64,000 bases of DNA. Source: a virus (Duplodnaviria > Caudoviricetes). The stretch's first letter is position 1. The number at the start of each line of letters is the position of its first letter. The stretch lies in IMG/VR virus record IMGVR_UViG_3300008259_003073, one strand, 5' to 3'. Positions 18,166 to 29,105 of the stretch are shown here, piece by piece. The position numbers and the translations under genes are program-made. The notes beneath the pieces are model-generated. The model was not told the origin of the DNA. It saw only the letters and a program-made list of their open reading frames with translations, and made no database searches.

Positions 18166-19887
18166 TTAAACTTTGTATTTCTTTTTTAATAAGTCTATAT
18201 GACTATACCCAGCCGTAGAAACTACTTTATATCCTTTATCTTCCCACTTTTTCATCTTACGAACTAAATTTTCATCTCTTGCATCATTAAATGCAACCTG
18301 AATATCATTTACTTTTGTTGGTTTATCTCCATTATCTTCTGGAAATGCCAATCTATATAAGGTATTTCTATCTCTTTTAGTTGGTTTATCGAAATTTTTA
18401 ATTGGTGGAAGTCCAGCTTCTTTAGCTGCATCTTGTAAAAATTGTTTACCTTCATCATCCAAATAATCTTCAGCAGCCATGTCATCCCCTTGCCCAACCA
18501 TACTGGCCCAGTTACCTGCTAATACAACATTATGTGGTAATCCTGTTTTATTTTCCTGATATTTGTATAATTCAGATTGGTCATTATATACATCCATCTC
18601 ATCACCATCCCAACTTTCATTTGTAAAATTTGGATAATGCTTTTTCAGTTCATCGTGAATAAATTCTTGTTCGGAACCTTCTACATAATTACCCGCACTA
18701 TCTCCACCTTCTCCCATAAATACAATTTTAGTATCTTTGGGATATGTGTCTTTAACATCATCTATTACTTGTTTAGCACCTTCGATATTATCGTGTTCTA
18801 CACCAAAAATAGTTGAACCCTTTTTAGTTTGGATTGTTCCCATTTCTTCTCCTTCGGAAGAAACTCTTTTAGTTAGTTTAGACTTTTTTTTTTCAGCGGT
18901 TGCTATTGGTGCTGGTCCACCTGCTGCTCCCGTATCTGCTTTTTTGGCTCTGATACCAATCTTTTCTGCAAATTCATTTGAACGCTTTACCAATGGTTCG
19001 ATTGGTTCATCAATGACCCTAACTTTCATTGGTATTGGGTTATCAGGATTTGCAGCATTGTGTGCTACAATTGCAGCCCATCTATGGTGTCCATCCAATA
19101 CATACCCATCATTAGAAACGTAAATAGGTGCGGTTATCTTTTCGTATGCTGGGTGGGATGGGTCAGCCAATACTTTACTCATTCCTGCCACTTTTACTCC
19201 CACTAATTCACTTTGAGTTGCTTTTAGTCTATCTGCAGGAACTTCTACTGGGTCTGATACTTTAACACCATCTTTTTCCAACATTTTTTTGAAAAACTCT
19301 TCAGTATCTGCCTCTCCATTTTCATCTTTTGGAAGTTTATCAGCAGGTGAACCTGGGACAGGAGTACCTTTAAATTGTGGCATATCCTCACGAGGGATAC
19401 CTTTATTACCATCACAATATAAGTTAGTTCCTGGAATAGTTACTTTACATAAATTGAAGTTTGGTGCTTTTTCACCTTTAGCTTTTGCTTCAGCTCCCAA
19501 TTGTGCCAACTTATCTATAACAGTAGATATTTGTTGTCTTTCGATTGGGGTTACTTGTGAAAGAGATTTAGCCGATGTATCCATCCCTGGCATCAAATCC
19601 TTCAGCTTTGGCATTCCACTATCCTTTGGAGTTTCAGCCGATGATTTAAAATCCCCTGCACCCAGTTTTTGTCCTGGTTTAGTTGGTGCAGTGTTTTTTG
19701 GAGTTTGTTTGGATTGAGGTTCTCCTTTTGGTAATTGACCGTTATTAGATGCTTTAGCTTGCTCAATCTCTGCAGGAGTAGGTTTGTCATGTTTATTCGG
19801 GTCCATTTTTTGAACCACATAAACATTACCAGTTTTTTTGTTTTTTACAACATCTTCTTCCTTTAGTAGTGATTTAAGCTTTATCAT
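18166..19887 (-). CDS. ParB/Srx-like domain protein, probable virion internal protein
   Basis: LKATQSEL...IYVSNDGYVLDGHHRWAA ParB-like motif; N-terminal MIKLKSLLKE. Confidence 0.6.
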   Translation of the reverse strand: MIKLKSLLKEEDVVKNKKTGNVYVVQKMDPNKHDKPTPAEIEQAKASNNGQLPKGEPQSKQTPKNTAPTKPGQKLGAGDFKSSAETPKDSGMPKLKDLMPGMDTSAKSLSQVTPIERQQISTVIDKLAQLGAEAKAKGEKAPNFNLCKVTIPGTNLYCDGNKGIPREDMPQFKGTPVPGSPADKLPKDENGEADTEEFFKKMLEKDGVKVSDPVEVPADRLKATQSELVGVKVAGMSKVLADPSHPAYEKITAPIYVSNDGYVLDGHHRWAAIVAHNAANPDNPIPMKVRVIDEPIEPLVKRSNEFAEKIGIRAKKADTGAAGGPAPIATAEKKKSKLTKRVSSEGEEMGTIQTKKGSTIFGVEHDNIEGAKQVIDDVKDTYPKDTKIVFMGEGGDSAGNYVEGSEQEFIHDELKKHYPNFTNESWDGDEMDVYNDQSELYKYQENKTGLPHNVVLAGNWASMVGQGDDMAAEDYLDDEGKQFLQDAAKEAGLPPIKNFDKPTKRDRNTLYRLAFPEDNGDKPTKVNDIQVAFNDARDENLVRKMKKWEDKGYKVVSTAGYSHIDLLKKKYKV

Positions 19888-19888
19888 T

Positions 19889-20017
19889 TTATCTACCTTG
19901 TCCTCTATATTTTTTAGGTTTCTCTTCGTATTTTGAGTAGGATTTTTTGGCTACTCCAGTTTTCTTTTTACCAAACGAAATCTTTCTAGATGATTCTGAA
20001 CTACCTTTCTTCGCCAT
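19889..20017 (-). CDS. small basic protein (42 aa, KYRGQG C-terminus)
   Basis: Hand translation MAKKGSSESSRKISFGKKKTGVAKKSYSKYEEKPKKYRGQGR*; fills the gap exactly. Confidence 0.75.
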   Translation of the reverse strand: MAKKGSSESSRKISFGKKKTGVAKKSYSKYEEKPKKYRGQGR

Positions 20018-20023
20018 CGAATA

Positions 20024-20323
20024 TTACTTTTTAGTATTTGCGTTTTTGTTTTGAGAAGGTTTTCTACCTCTACGGGCGCCATCTCCTTTAGCAGCACTTA
20101 CCACATCTTTAGATTGTTTTACTACCTCTTTAGCAGCGGTTGCAACATCTTTAACTTCTTCTGCAATTCGTTTTGCTCGTACTTTTACTTCTTCTACTTT
20201 TTCTTCAATAGCATCTGGAATTAAGTCTCCATCTTTATCTTCATATATCTTTGTTTTTTTAAGATAAATTGTAGTTGCTGCAATTACAGTTGCTAATACT
20301 AAAATAACGATAAATGTTGTCAT
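20024..20323 (-). CDS. N-terminally anchored coiled-coil protein with basic tail
   Basis: TM helix, DKDGDLIPD motif, K/R-rich end. Confidence 0.7.
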   Translation of the reverse strand: MTTFIVILVLATVIAATTIYLKKTKIYEDKDGDLIPDAIEEKVEEVKVRAKRIAEEVKDVATAAKEVVKQSKDVVSAAKGDGARRGRKPSQNKNANTKK

Positions 20324-20365
20324 GATTTTTGGTTTATAGTAAACGATTTATTTTAAATATAAGTA

Positions 20366-20689
20366 TTAAATTTTTTTGAAAAATACTTGTCCATAAAATT
20401 CATAATTTTTATGAACTGATATTTCATCTCCCACTTCAATAGCTTCATCTTCATCTCTGTAGATGGCATCGACTGGACATTCAGGTATACACGCACCACA
20501 TAAGATACATTCTTCCGGATTGATATAAAGTTGTCCTCCTGGAAATAATTCTTTATTCTTACCCCCACTACCAACCTCATATCCCATTCCCGTAATATTA
20601 ATTGGTCCATTAATACAATCTACTGGGCATACATCAACACATGCAGTATCCATACAATCAACACAACTAGCGCCAATGATAAAACTCAT
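20366..20689 (-). CDS. dicluster ferredoxin (7Fe/8Fe type)
   Basis: CVDCMDTACVDVCPVDC and YINPEECILCGACIPECPVDAI. Confidence 0.9.
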   Translation of the reverse strand: MSFIIGASCVDCMDTACVDVCPVDCINGPINITGMGYEVGSGGKNKELFPGGQLYINPEECILCGACIPECPVDAIYRDEDEAIEVGDEISVHKNYEFYGQVFFKKI

Positions 20690-20692
20690 ATT

Positions 20693-20941
20693 TTATAACC
20701 AAGATGATGGTGAAATTGAAGATTTTGATTTATCAACAATTGTTCTTTCCGAAAGTGGTGAACCCAAAGGTCTTTGATAAATAGTCTCACCCTTATCAGG
20801 TGATTCGTAGATATATTTGCCTTCTACTAATTTCATATATTCTTCTATTTTTTGTTGATGTTCGTAATACAATTTTCTAACTTGTTTACCCAATTCCATA
20901 TCGTTTGAATACTCTTTAACTAATTCAATTACCTCTTTCAT
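20693..20941 (-). CDS. hypothetical protein
   Basis: Start MKEVIEL overlaps upstream stop (ATGA). Confidence 0.7.
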   Translation of the reverse strand: MKEVIELVKEYSNDMELGKQVRKLYYEHQQKIEEYMKLVEGKYIYESPDKGETIYQRPLGSPLSERTIVDKSKSSISPSSWL

Positions 20942-21417
20942 AGTGCTAAATTTAAATATTTTTCCAATAACCAAGATGATGATTGAACTTTATCACCAAG
21001 CCCCCATACCGAATCAATTCCTAATAAATCACACACTGAATTTTCAGGAGTAGTAGTTTCGGTTCTATCACCACCATTACCAAATGCAACGGCACCTTTT
21101 GATAGTTCACCATGTTCTCTTATATACTTTCTTCTGGAAGCATCGATAAAATCAACTGCAGTATTATCTAAATGGTCCTTTGGGTTCATAACATAAACCC
21201 AATCTACATTTTTAAGATTACTCATTATGAATGCTCTTTCTTTTTCATCCATAAATGCTTTACCTTTTTTTCGTTTTAGCCATGCATCATTATTTAACCC
21301 AATCCAAACTTCATCTGCAAGTTCTTTTGCGTTATTGATACATTCAATGTGACCTTTATGGACCGGGTCAAACCCACCACTAATTAAGATAACTTTGTAT
21401 TTTTTAGTCTTCGCCAT
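20938..21417 (-). CDS. cytidylyltransferase-like nucleotidyltransferase (RfaE/TagD family)
   Basis: ISGGFDPVHKGH (HxGH), ERAFIMSNLKNVD, FGNGGDR, KVQSSS. Confidence 0.88.
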   Translation of the reverse strand: MAKTKKYKVILISGGFDPVHKGHIECINNAKELADEVWIGLNNDAWLKRKKGKAFMDEKERAFIMSNLKNVDWVYVMNPKDHLDNTAVDFIDASRRKYIREHGELSKGAVAFGNGGDRTETTTPENSVCDLLGIDSVWGLGDKVQSSSWLLEKYLNLAL

Positions 21418-21652
21418 ATAATGAGAATCGTTTAATTTCTTTCTCTACTTCCGCTTGCTTAACTATTTCTACGGTTCCTTTTCTTGCTTCAATATAAAAA
21501 TTAGTATCTCCATCTTGTTGATACCATCCTTCTAACGCGTCAGTTAGAGATGGGTAAATAGTTTTTTTAGAACCATCGGCAAATACCCATCTATCTCCAG
21601 GTGGTACTCTTTTAAGAACGAGTATTCTTTCTTCTTTAATTTCCTTTTCCAT
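21404..21652 (-). CDS. hypothetical protein
   Basis: 82-aa ORF, overlapping neighbours. Confidence 0.7.
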   Translation of the reverse strand: MEKEIKEERILVLKRVPPGDRWVFADGSKKTIYPSLTDALEGWYQQDGDTNFYIEARKGTVEIVKQAEVEKEIKRFSLYGED

Positions 21653-22763
21653 TTTTTATTAAATTTAAAACATCTTCTTTTTTATGATAACTATTCAATA
21701 ACTCTTTAAATAATTTAGTATTATTTTTTAACTTTTCACCGTATTTTCCCATAAGATAACTATGAATCAGATTATTATCATTTAATTTATATTTTAATTC
21801 TTTTAAGAAAATTGATGTATCAATCACCGACTGTTCCATAGCTGAATACGATAGAATACCATCCGCGTACCCAACCGTTTGTGGTACTTCTTTTTCTTGA
21901 TTATAAAATTCACAATTTAAAAACCAAAACCCCATGTCAACCAAATGTTTAAATAATTTAGTTGGTCCATACCAAATAAAGAAAATTTCTTCTTCTGAAA
22001 AACATATAGCTTTTAGTGTTTTTTCGGTAATATATTGTCTACCATGCATTTTATTATCCGGATTTTCTTCATTTCCGTTTGAATGTAATGTTTCAAAAAT
22101 TACATTACAAACACTAGTTGTAAAATCTAGATATGATGTTATGTGGGTATTTCCCCAATGACCAAACAAAGTGTATGGTTGTAATAATAATTTTAAATTG
22201 TAATCATTTGAGTTATATGATGTGAAATCAAATTGTACTATGTTTTTAATTTGTAAATATAAATAATTTCGATGATTTTTGTGTGAATTAACACCATCAA
22301 TTGGCTTATGATATATTCCTAATAAATTATTTTTTTTATCAAATTTGTAATAATTTAGAAAATTAAATCCATACTGATAATAGAAATATATCAAATTAAA
22401 TATGGGTTCATAATAAAAATTAGGATGCTCAAATGAAATAGATGCCGAAGATAAACATATATTTCCGGCATCTAAATATTCCTTTAAAGCTTGATTACTT
22501 ACATGATAATTTTCTACAGTTTGTGTTTGTATCAGTCTATCAAATCCTGTAAAATTCTTCCATTCTTGAAAAGTATGAAATAATCGTATCTTATAATCAC
22601 ATTCCTCTATATCTTTATATTTATGTGAAAATATGTACTCATCATTTTTATAAAAAAATGAAAAAGTATTTGAATCATTTTCCAAATTAAATTTGCCATC
22701 AGAAAATGCGTATAGTAATGCTATACAATCTTCATACGAACAATATAGAAGACCTATTTTCAT
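21636..22763 (-). CDS. hypothetical protein, possibly glycan-related
   Basis: 375-aa AT-rich ORF; CNVIFET...YITEKTLKAI resembles GT-B-like C-termini. Confidence 0.55.
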   Translation of the reverse strand: MKIGLLYCSYEDCIALLYAFSDGKFNLENDSNTFSFFYKNDEYIFSHKYKDIEECDYKIRLFHTFQEWKNFTGFDRLIQTQTVENYHVSNQALKEYLDAGNICLSSASISFEHPNFYYEPIFNLIYFYYQYGFNFLNYYKFDKKNNLLGIYHKPIDGVNSHKNHRNYLYLQIKNIVQFDFTSYNSNDYNLKLLLQPYTLFGHWGNTHITSYLDFTTSVCNVIFETLHSNGNEENPDNKMHGRQYITEKTLKAICFSEEEIFFIWYGPTKLFKHLVDMGFWFLNCEFYNQEKEVPQTVGYADGILSYSAMEQSVIDTSIFLKELKYKLNDNNLIHSYLMGKYGEKLKNNTKLFKELLNSYHKKEDVLNLIKNGKGN

Positions 22764-22969
22764 TAAAATACTTCAATAATTCTAGTTTCACTAACTTTTA
22801 CTACTTCATATTCTAAATTAACACCTTCTGATACAAATTTGTTAACCAATTTTGCTTCTGCTTCTGTTACCGAAAGTGCATCTACTAAATAGTTTTCTTT
22901 GTTCTTTTTGATTTTACCTTTCGCATCTTCTACTTCCACTGCTACTAGTACTGAATAAAACTTTGCCAT
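22763..22969 (-). CDS. DUF4494-like protein
   Basis: KKNKENYLVDALSVTEAEAK matches the Bacteroidota DUF4494 motif. Confidence 0.7.
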   Translation of the reverse strand: MAKFYSVLVAVEVEDAKGKIKKNKENYLVDALSVTEAEAKLVNKFVSEGVNLEYEVVKVSETRIIEVF

Positions 22970-23005
22970 AATTTTTGTTTTTTATTTGTTGTTTGATTTA
23001 AATTT

Positions 23006-24649
<1,644 letters not shown>

Positions 24650-24653
24650 TCAA

Positions 24654-24684
24654 CGAATATAATAGAAATATTTTAATTTTCCAA
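24654..24684 (-). promoter_or_regulatory. Bacteroidota-type promoter (TTGG-N19-TATATTCG) of groL
   Basis: Consensus match, 19-nt spacer. Confidence 0.7.
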
Positions 24685-24685
24685 G

Positions 24686-24856
24686 CTATCTCCCTCTTCT
24701 TATTCGAATTTCTAATTCTTTTAAATAGGATGCTTTCCATTTATGTTCAACAGATATAGGTCCATGTGGAAATTTACTTAAATCATATTTCCAAATAGAA
24801 ACACAATCCCTATCTTCAAAAATATGCTCAAATTTTTTAGATTTTTCTAAACTCAT
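24686..24856 (-). CDS. small hypothetical protein (56 aa)
   Basis: Hand translation MSLEKSKKFEHIFEDRDCVSIWKYDLSKFPHGPISVEHKW...RRGR*; overlaps upstream stop. Confidence 0.7.
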   Translation of the reverse strand: MSLEKSKKFEHIFEDRDCVSIWKYDLSKFPHGPISVEHKWKASYLKELEIRIRRGR

Positions 24857-25614
24857 TGATTAAAATATTCTGAATTAGTTTGTATAATGTAATCTGCAAA
24901 AGATTTATGCATTCTGGTTGACCAATGATGGTCACCCTGTACACCAATTTCACCATTCGTTTCTTTCCATACATCATTCAATGATTCCCAGAACCCTAAA
25001 TTATAAGTTATTTCATTCTTACCGATTACACATCCTGCACCATACTCATCTGTCCAACTATAATATAATAATTTAAATGGTACATACGATTGTACTGATT
25101 TTAAAATACAATTCCAATTATCTACAAATGCTTTAGACGTATTTATCATTTGAGATATGTTCGCAAAATTAGGTTCTTTATCAGGTGCGTTGGGTTGAAA
25201 TATTTTTGGATTGATATAATCTAATGGAGATTCCAAACGCCACTCTTCATCAGCCATGAGTGACCTGTCTTTTGTAATAGATGTATACGCGGCTCCTCCA
25301 ATCATTGAATTCATGTTTAAATTCGATATTTTATTAGCGGACAAATCATCGGACCATTCTACATCTACATATGGGGTTTCTAATGGTAATCTAAATCTAC
25401 TCAATGTTGGTAACATTAAAATAACAATATCATTTGATTGTATTTTATGTAATTTCTGTAAAAATATGTCAAATATAGTTTGAATATCTCTACTACCACG
25501 CGAGGATACATAATAATGCTCACCAATAAATTGCTTACAAATTTTAGAAATCCAAGCATTTGGGCCTCCGCCTGTGAAACTATCTCCTATAATCCAAAGT
25601 TTTCTATTATCCAT
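24853..25614 (-). CDS. SGNH/GDSL-like hypothetical protein
   Basis: LWIIGDSFT block I; C-terminal GDHHW (DxH). Confidence 0.6.
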   Translation of the reverse strand: MDNRKLWIIGDSFTGGGPNAWISKICKQFIGEHYYVSSRGSRDIQTIFDIFLQKLHKIQSNDIVILMLPTLSRFRLPLETPYVDVEWSDDLSANKISNLNMNSMIGGAAYTSITKDRSLMADEEWRLESPLDYINPKIFQPNAPDKEPNFANISQMINTSKAFVDNWNCILKSVQSYVPFKLLYYSWTDEYGAGCVIGKNEITYNLGFWESLNDVWKETNGEIGVQGDHHWSTRMHKSFADYIIQTNSEYFNQ

Positions 25615-25618
25615 TTTG

Positions 25619-25649
25619 TAAATATAGTAATAAAAATTAAATTTGCCAA
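25619..25649 (-). promoter_or_regulatory. Bacteroidota-type promoter (TTGG-N19-TATATTTA)
   Basis: Consensus match, 19-nt spacer. Confidence 0.65.
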
Positions 25650-26668
25650 GTCCTTATACCAAATTTATTCCAAGTAAATGGTTGATGATGCCCCATATTT
25701 AATTTATTTAACTCATTTATCACTTTATATTTAGTATTAGTTGGACAATAGAAAAACATAAATCCTCCTCCTCCTGCTCCACTTATTTTTCCACCAGTGG
25801 AACCTGCTTTGATTGCTGTTTCGTATAACAATTCTATTTCAGGTGTACTGATTCCCTTTGCTAACATTTTCTTTTGTTGAAATCCGTAATCTAGTATTTC
25901 ACCTAACCCATCTATATTACCCTTAATTAAACAATCCTTTATCATTTTAGCCTGCTCAACTAATGCATGTAATGAAAGTAAAGATGTTGTATTATTATTG
26001 TTTATCTTCTGTAATTGTTCCGTCAATACATCAGAACTATTTCTAGTAAAGTTTGTAAAATAAAGTAAAATGTTATTTTCCAATTCATCTTGTACTTTAT
26101 CTTTAATTCTGATTGGATTTACAATTACGTCGTTTCCTCTAAATTCCATATAGTTGAATCCACCAAATGCTGCCGCGTATTGGTCTTGCTTACCACCATT
26201 TTCTTTCAATTCAACTCTTTCAATTTGAATTGCCATTTCAGCAATATCATATTCTCCCAATGGTAAGTTGAATAATTCCATGTAAACACCAATTAAAGAA
26301 ACTATAAGAGTAGATGAAGTGCCTAACCCACTACCTGTTGGTACATCTTGATTTGAAATTATATCACATCCAAATGGTTCTATATTAAATCGTTTACAGA
26401 TGTGATTGTGAGTTGCTTTAAAGAGTTTCAATCCGTAAGAACAATCCAATTCATCACTGAAATCGTGCTCTTCGTATTCATCCTTATTTACCCATTTAAA
26501 TGTAACTTTGGTATCATCCCTCAATTCTAAAGAAGTATGGGTAAATAAACGAATAGTTGTATTGATTACTGCACCGACATGACTTTTTGTATATGATGGC
26601 ATATCGGTTCCTCCACCTCCAAAACTAATTCGAAATGGAACTTTACTCCTATATATCTTCTTCTTCAT
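25637..26668 (-). CDS. hddA: GHMP sugar kinase, D-glycero-D-manno-heptose-7-phosphate kinase (HddA-like)
   Basis: PFRISFGGGGTD, DVPTGSGLGTSS, GGKQDQYAAAFGG, GGKISGAGGGGF. Confidence 0.85.
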   Translation of the reverse strand: MKKKIYRSKVPFRISFGGGGTDMPSYTKSHVGAVINTTIRLFTHTSLELRDDTKVTFKWVNKDEYEEHDFSDELDCSYGLKLFKATHNHICKRFNIEPFGCDIISNQDVPTGSGLGTSSTLIVSLIGVYMELFNLPLGEYDIAEMAIQIERVELKENGGKQDQYAAAFGGFNYMEFRGNDVIVNPIRIKDKVQDELENNILLYFTNFTRNSSDVLTEQLQKINNNNTTSLLSLHALVEQAKMIKDCLIKGNIDGLGEILDYGFQQKKMLAKGISTPEIELLYETAIKAGSTGGKISGAGGGGFMFFYCPTNTKYKVINELNKLNMGHHQPFTWNKFGIRTWQI

Positions 26669-27209
26669 CGGGTATTCCATTTTCTGCATACCAATTTTTT
26701 ACGTTACGTTCTCCTACTAATAGGAAAAAACAATTATAACAAAGTGGTCTAATATTATCCAATACCCTATTGTTTAAATTCCCATCCAAAAAATCAATTA
26801 AAAGAGGCATTTTACCATCTGTAATTCTTTCTTCACTAAATCCGCAACTAGAACATACCTTTGGAACATACCCACTATCAAATAATTTATTTTTAAATTT
26901 ATGTAATGGATATTTTAAATGTTTTCCAGCAATCAAATCATCTATGTGATATTTTTTATTTCGAATAGTTTTGGTTCGTTCTATCCCAACACCAAACGGA
27001 TTTTTTAAATCTTCAAATATACCATATAATTTAGCATACTTTTTATATGTGTTGTAAGATACACCCAATACTCTAGCTGCTTCAAATGCCGATTTGGATT
27101 GAGCCTGTGCTGCTTTTATTTGAGATTCTAAAATTGGTTTTGCACCTAATCCTCTTTTTGTGATTCTAATTTCAAGATTAGGAAAAAATCCATCTGTTTC
27201 ATTTTCCAT
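26649..27209 (-). CDS. HTH + degenerate HNH-like protein
   Basis: AFEAARVLGVSYNTYKKY; CSSCG...LLIDFLDGNLNNRVLDNIRPLCYNC. Confidence 0.65.
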   Translation of the reverse strand: MENETDGFFPNLEIRITKRGLGAKPILESQIKAAQAQSKSAFEAARVLGVSYNTYKKYAKLYGIFEDLKNPFGVGIERTKTIRNKKYHIDDLIAGKHLKYPLHKFKNKLFDSGYVPKVCSSCGFSEERITDGKMPLLIDFLDGNLNNRVLDNIRPLCYNCFFLLVGERNVKNWYAENGIPDEEEDI

Positions 27210-27263
27210 ACTAATAACAATTAAATATATACATATAAGTATATCAAAAGTTATTTTTTAGAA

Positions 27264-27710
27264 TCATACAATATGTTTTATTAGATTTTTAAAAGTATCA
27301 TCAACTGAATATGATGTATCTAAATTTATAAAAAATTCAATTGGTTTTTCGTAATCTAATGCGAAAAAATCTTCCCTACCTCTAATTTTTTTTGTGTGAC
27401 AATAAATTTCTTGTACTTTACATTCAGATTTAAGTTGCTCTCTCATTTCTCTATATGGAGAAACTAAACTAATCACAACATCATTGCCACAATTATCCAA
27501 ATATTTAGCAATGTCAAATGCTTTTTGAATGTTACGCTCTCTTCCTTCTTTAGAATAATCTTTGTTAGGGAATACTTCTCTCAATTGGTCACCATCTATG
27601 TGAAATACAGATTTACGCCAATTCTTTTTATCGGTTTGTAACCACATTTGTAACTTTTTAGCCAAAGTGGTTTTTCCACTTCCTGGTTGGCCTGTAAATA
27701 GATAAATCAT
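27264..27710 (-). CDS. cysC: adenylyl-sulfate (APS) kinase-like
   Basis: FTGQPGSGKTT, IDGDQLR, YSKEGRERN, VVISLVSPY, YEKP. Confidence 0.85.
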   Translation of the reverse strand: MIYLFTGQPGSGKTTLAKKLQMWLQTDKKNWRKSVFHIDGDQLREVFPNKDYSKEGRERNIQKAFDIAKYLDNCGNDVVISLVSPYREMREQLKSECKVQEIYCHTKKIRGREDFFALDYEKPIEFFINLDTSYSVDDTFKNLIKHIV

Positions 27711-28375
27711 AACTTATTATATAACAACGATTTTAGTTTGTTTACGTTTTCTTCTTTTGGAGCTGGAGGTGTTTCATGTTTAACGTGTCTAACCTTTAGT
27801 GCTATGTTTGGATATTTTTTAGATAATGATTGAACTGCTGATATATTTTTATGTGAATCGTCTATAAAAAATACATCGGTTACACCATCTTTTATTTTAT
27901 CTTCAATCCAATCTGCTTTTTTCTGTGGATTTGCATCTGCTAATGCAACTACATATATACCAGTTAATCCAATATCAGCTAAATATCGTTTGATTGGCAT
28001 GTAAGCACCTCTTGCAGTTAGTATTACAATTTCTGAACCACCAACTCTTACGATGTTTTTAAGTAATCGTGTAACTCCTTTAATTTCCTGTGGTTGGTTT
28101 ACTTTATCAAAATCAGAAAAATCAAATTTATCACCTTTTTTTGGTTCATACACTGCGTACTCTCCAGGTGTCAATTTTGATTTTTTTCCGTTTTTGTGTG
28201 TAATGTATATGTGTGAATTTGTTTGAACTAAAGTATCATCGAAATCAAATACTCGTAACTTATCGGATTTAGCTTCGCTTAAAGAATTAAATGCAAATGC
28301 GTTTAATCCGGAATATACTTTTCCGAACTCTACCTTCATCCCATTCCACATTACTGATGTAAAATTATTAACCAT
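27707..28375 (-). CDS. HAD-superfamily phosphatase
   Basis: VFDFDDTL, ILTAR, K..WI, FIDDS. Confidence 0.8.
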   Translation of the reverse strand: MVNNFTSVMWNGMKVEFGKVYSGLNAFAFNSLSEAKSDKLRVFDFDDTLVQTNSHIYITHKNGKKSKLTPGEYAVYEPKKGDKFDFSDFDKVNQPQEIKGVTRLLKNIVRVGGSEIVILTARGAYMPIKRYLADIGLTGIYVVALADANPQKKADWIEDKIKDGVTDVFFIDDSHKNISAVQSLSKKYPNIALKVRHVKHETPPAPKEENVNKLKSLLYNKL

Positions 28376-28685
28376 TTAAAACTTGCTTCTTTGTTTTTGG
28401 TATAGCCTTTTCTAACTTATCATTTTCTTTAGTTAGATACTCCACTTTAACACTCAATGCAGCTACTTCTTTTGTAAGTTGTAATACCATATTACGAAGT
28501 TCATCTTTTTCTCTGGATGACTCTTGTAATAAAGTTTCTAATTTAGTAATGCGGTCTTTGCAATCATGCTTAATAAAATCATCATCTCTTTCTTTCTTTT
28601 GAGCTCGTTTCTCATAATAACGAAACGCAGATGCTCCACCTAATACTGTTATTGCGGTGATTAATACCGAGTACATATTTTCCAT
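28368..28685 (-). CDS. N-anchored coiled-coil membrane protein
   Basis: Hydrophobic N-terminus then heptad repeats. Confidence 0.7.
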   Translation of the reverse strand: MENMYSVLITAITVLGGASAFRYYEKRAQKKERDDDFIKHDCKDRITKLETLLQESSREKDELRNMVLQLTKEVAALSVKVEYLTKENDKLEKAIPKTKKQVLNG

Positions 28686-29059
28686 TATTCTCCGTCTAAT
28701 TTATGGAAGCCAGTATTGGCTTGGTTAATGAATTGCATTGCTTGTGAAATGTGGTCGGAAATCCAACCTGGAAGATTCATTTCTTTAGTTCCTATCTTGC
28801 CTTTGAGTTCGTTGGCGTTTTTTATTATATCTTCCAATTGACCCATAGCCATGCCTACTTCGTGGTCACCGCCTGAATCGGCTTCGTTAAGTTTATGTTT
28901 AAGTAATTCTGTCATTTTATTAAACACCTGCTCCCCACCATCTTCTCCTAAACGATACGCTCCTCCCAGCTTCTCATACACTTTGATTTTATGAGACATT
29001 GGAATATTTTTTTCATTTACAGCTTTCCAAGCTTTTGGATTGGTTACTTCAAACTTCAT
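28685..29059 (-). CDS. hypothetical protein
   Basis: 124-aa ORF; TATTTATA motif upstream at 29083-29090. Confidence 0.7.
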   Translation of the reverse strand: MKFEVTNPKAWKAVNEKNIPMSHKIKVYEKLGGAYRLGEDGGEQVFNKMTELLKHKLNEADSGGDHEVGMAMGQLEDIIKNANELKGKIGTKEMNLPGWISDHISQAMQFINQANTGFHKLDGE

Positions 29060-29105
29060 ATTATATTTGTTGTATATACTGATATAAATATAAATTTTTA
29101 TTTAA

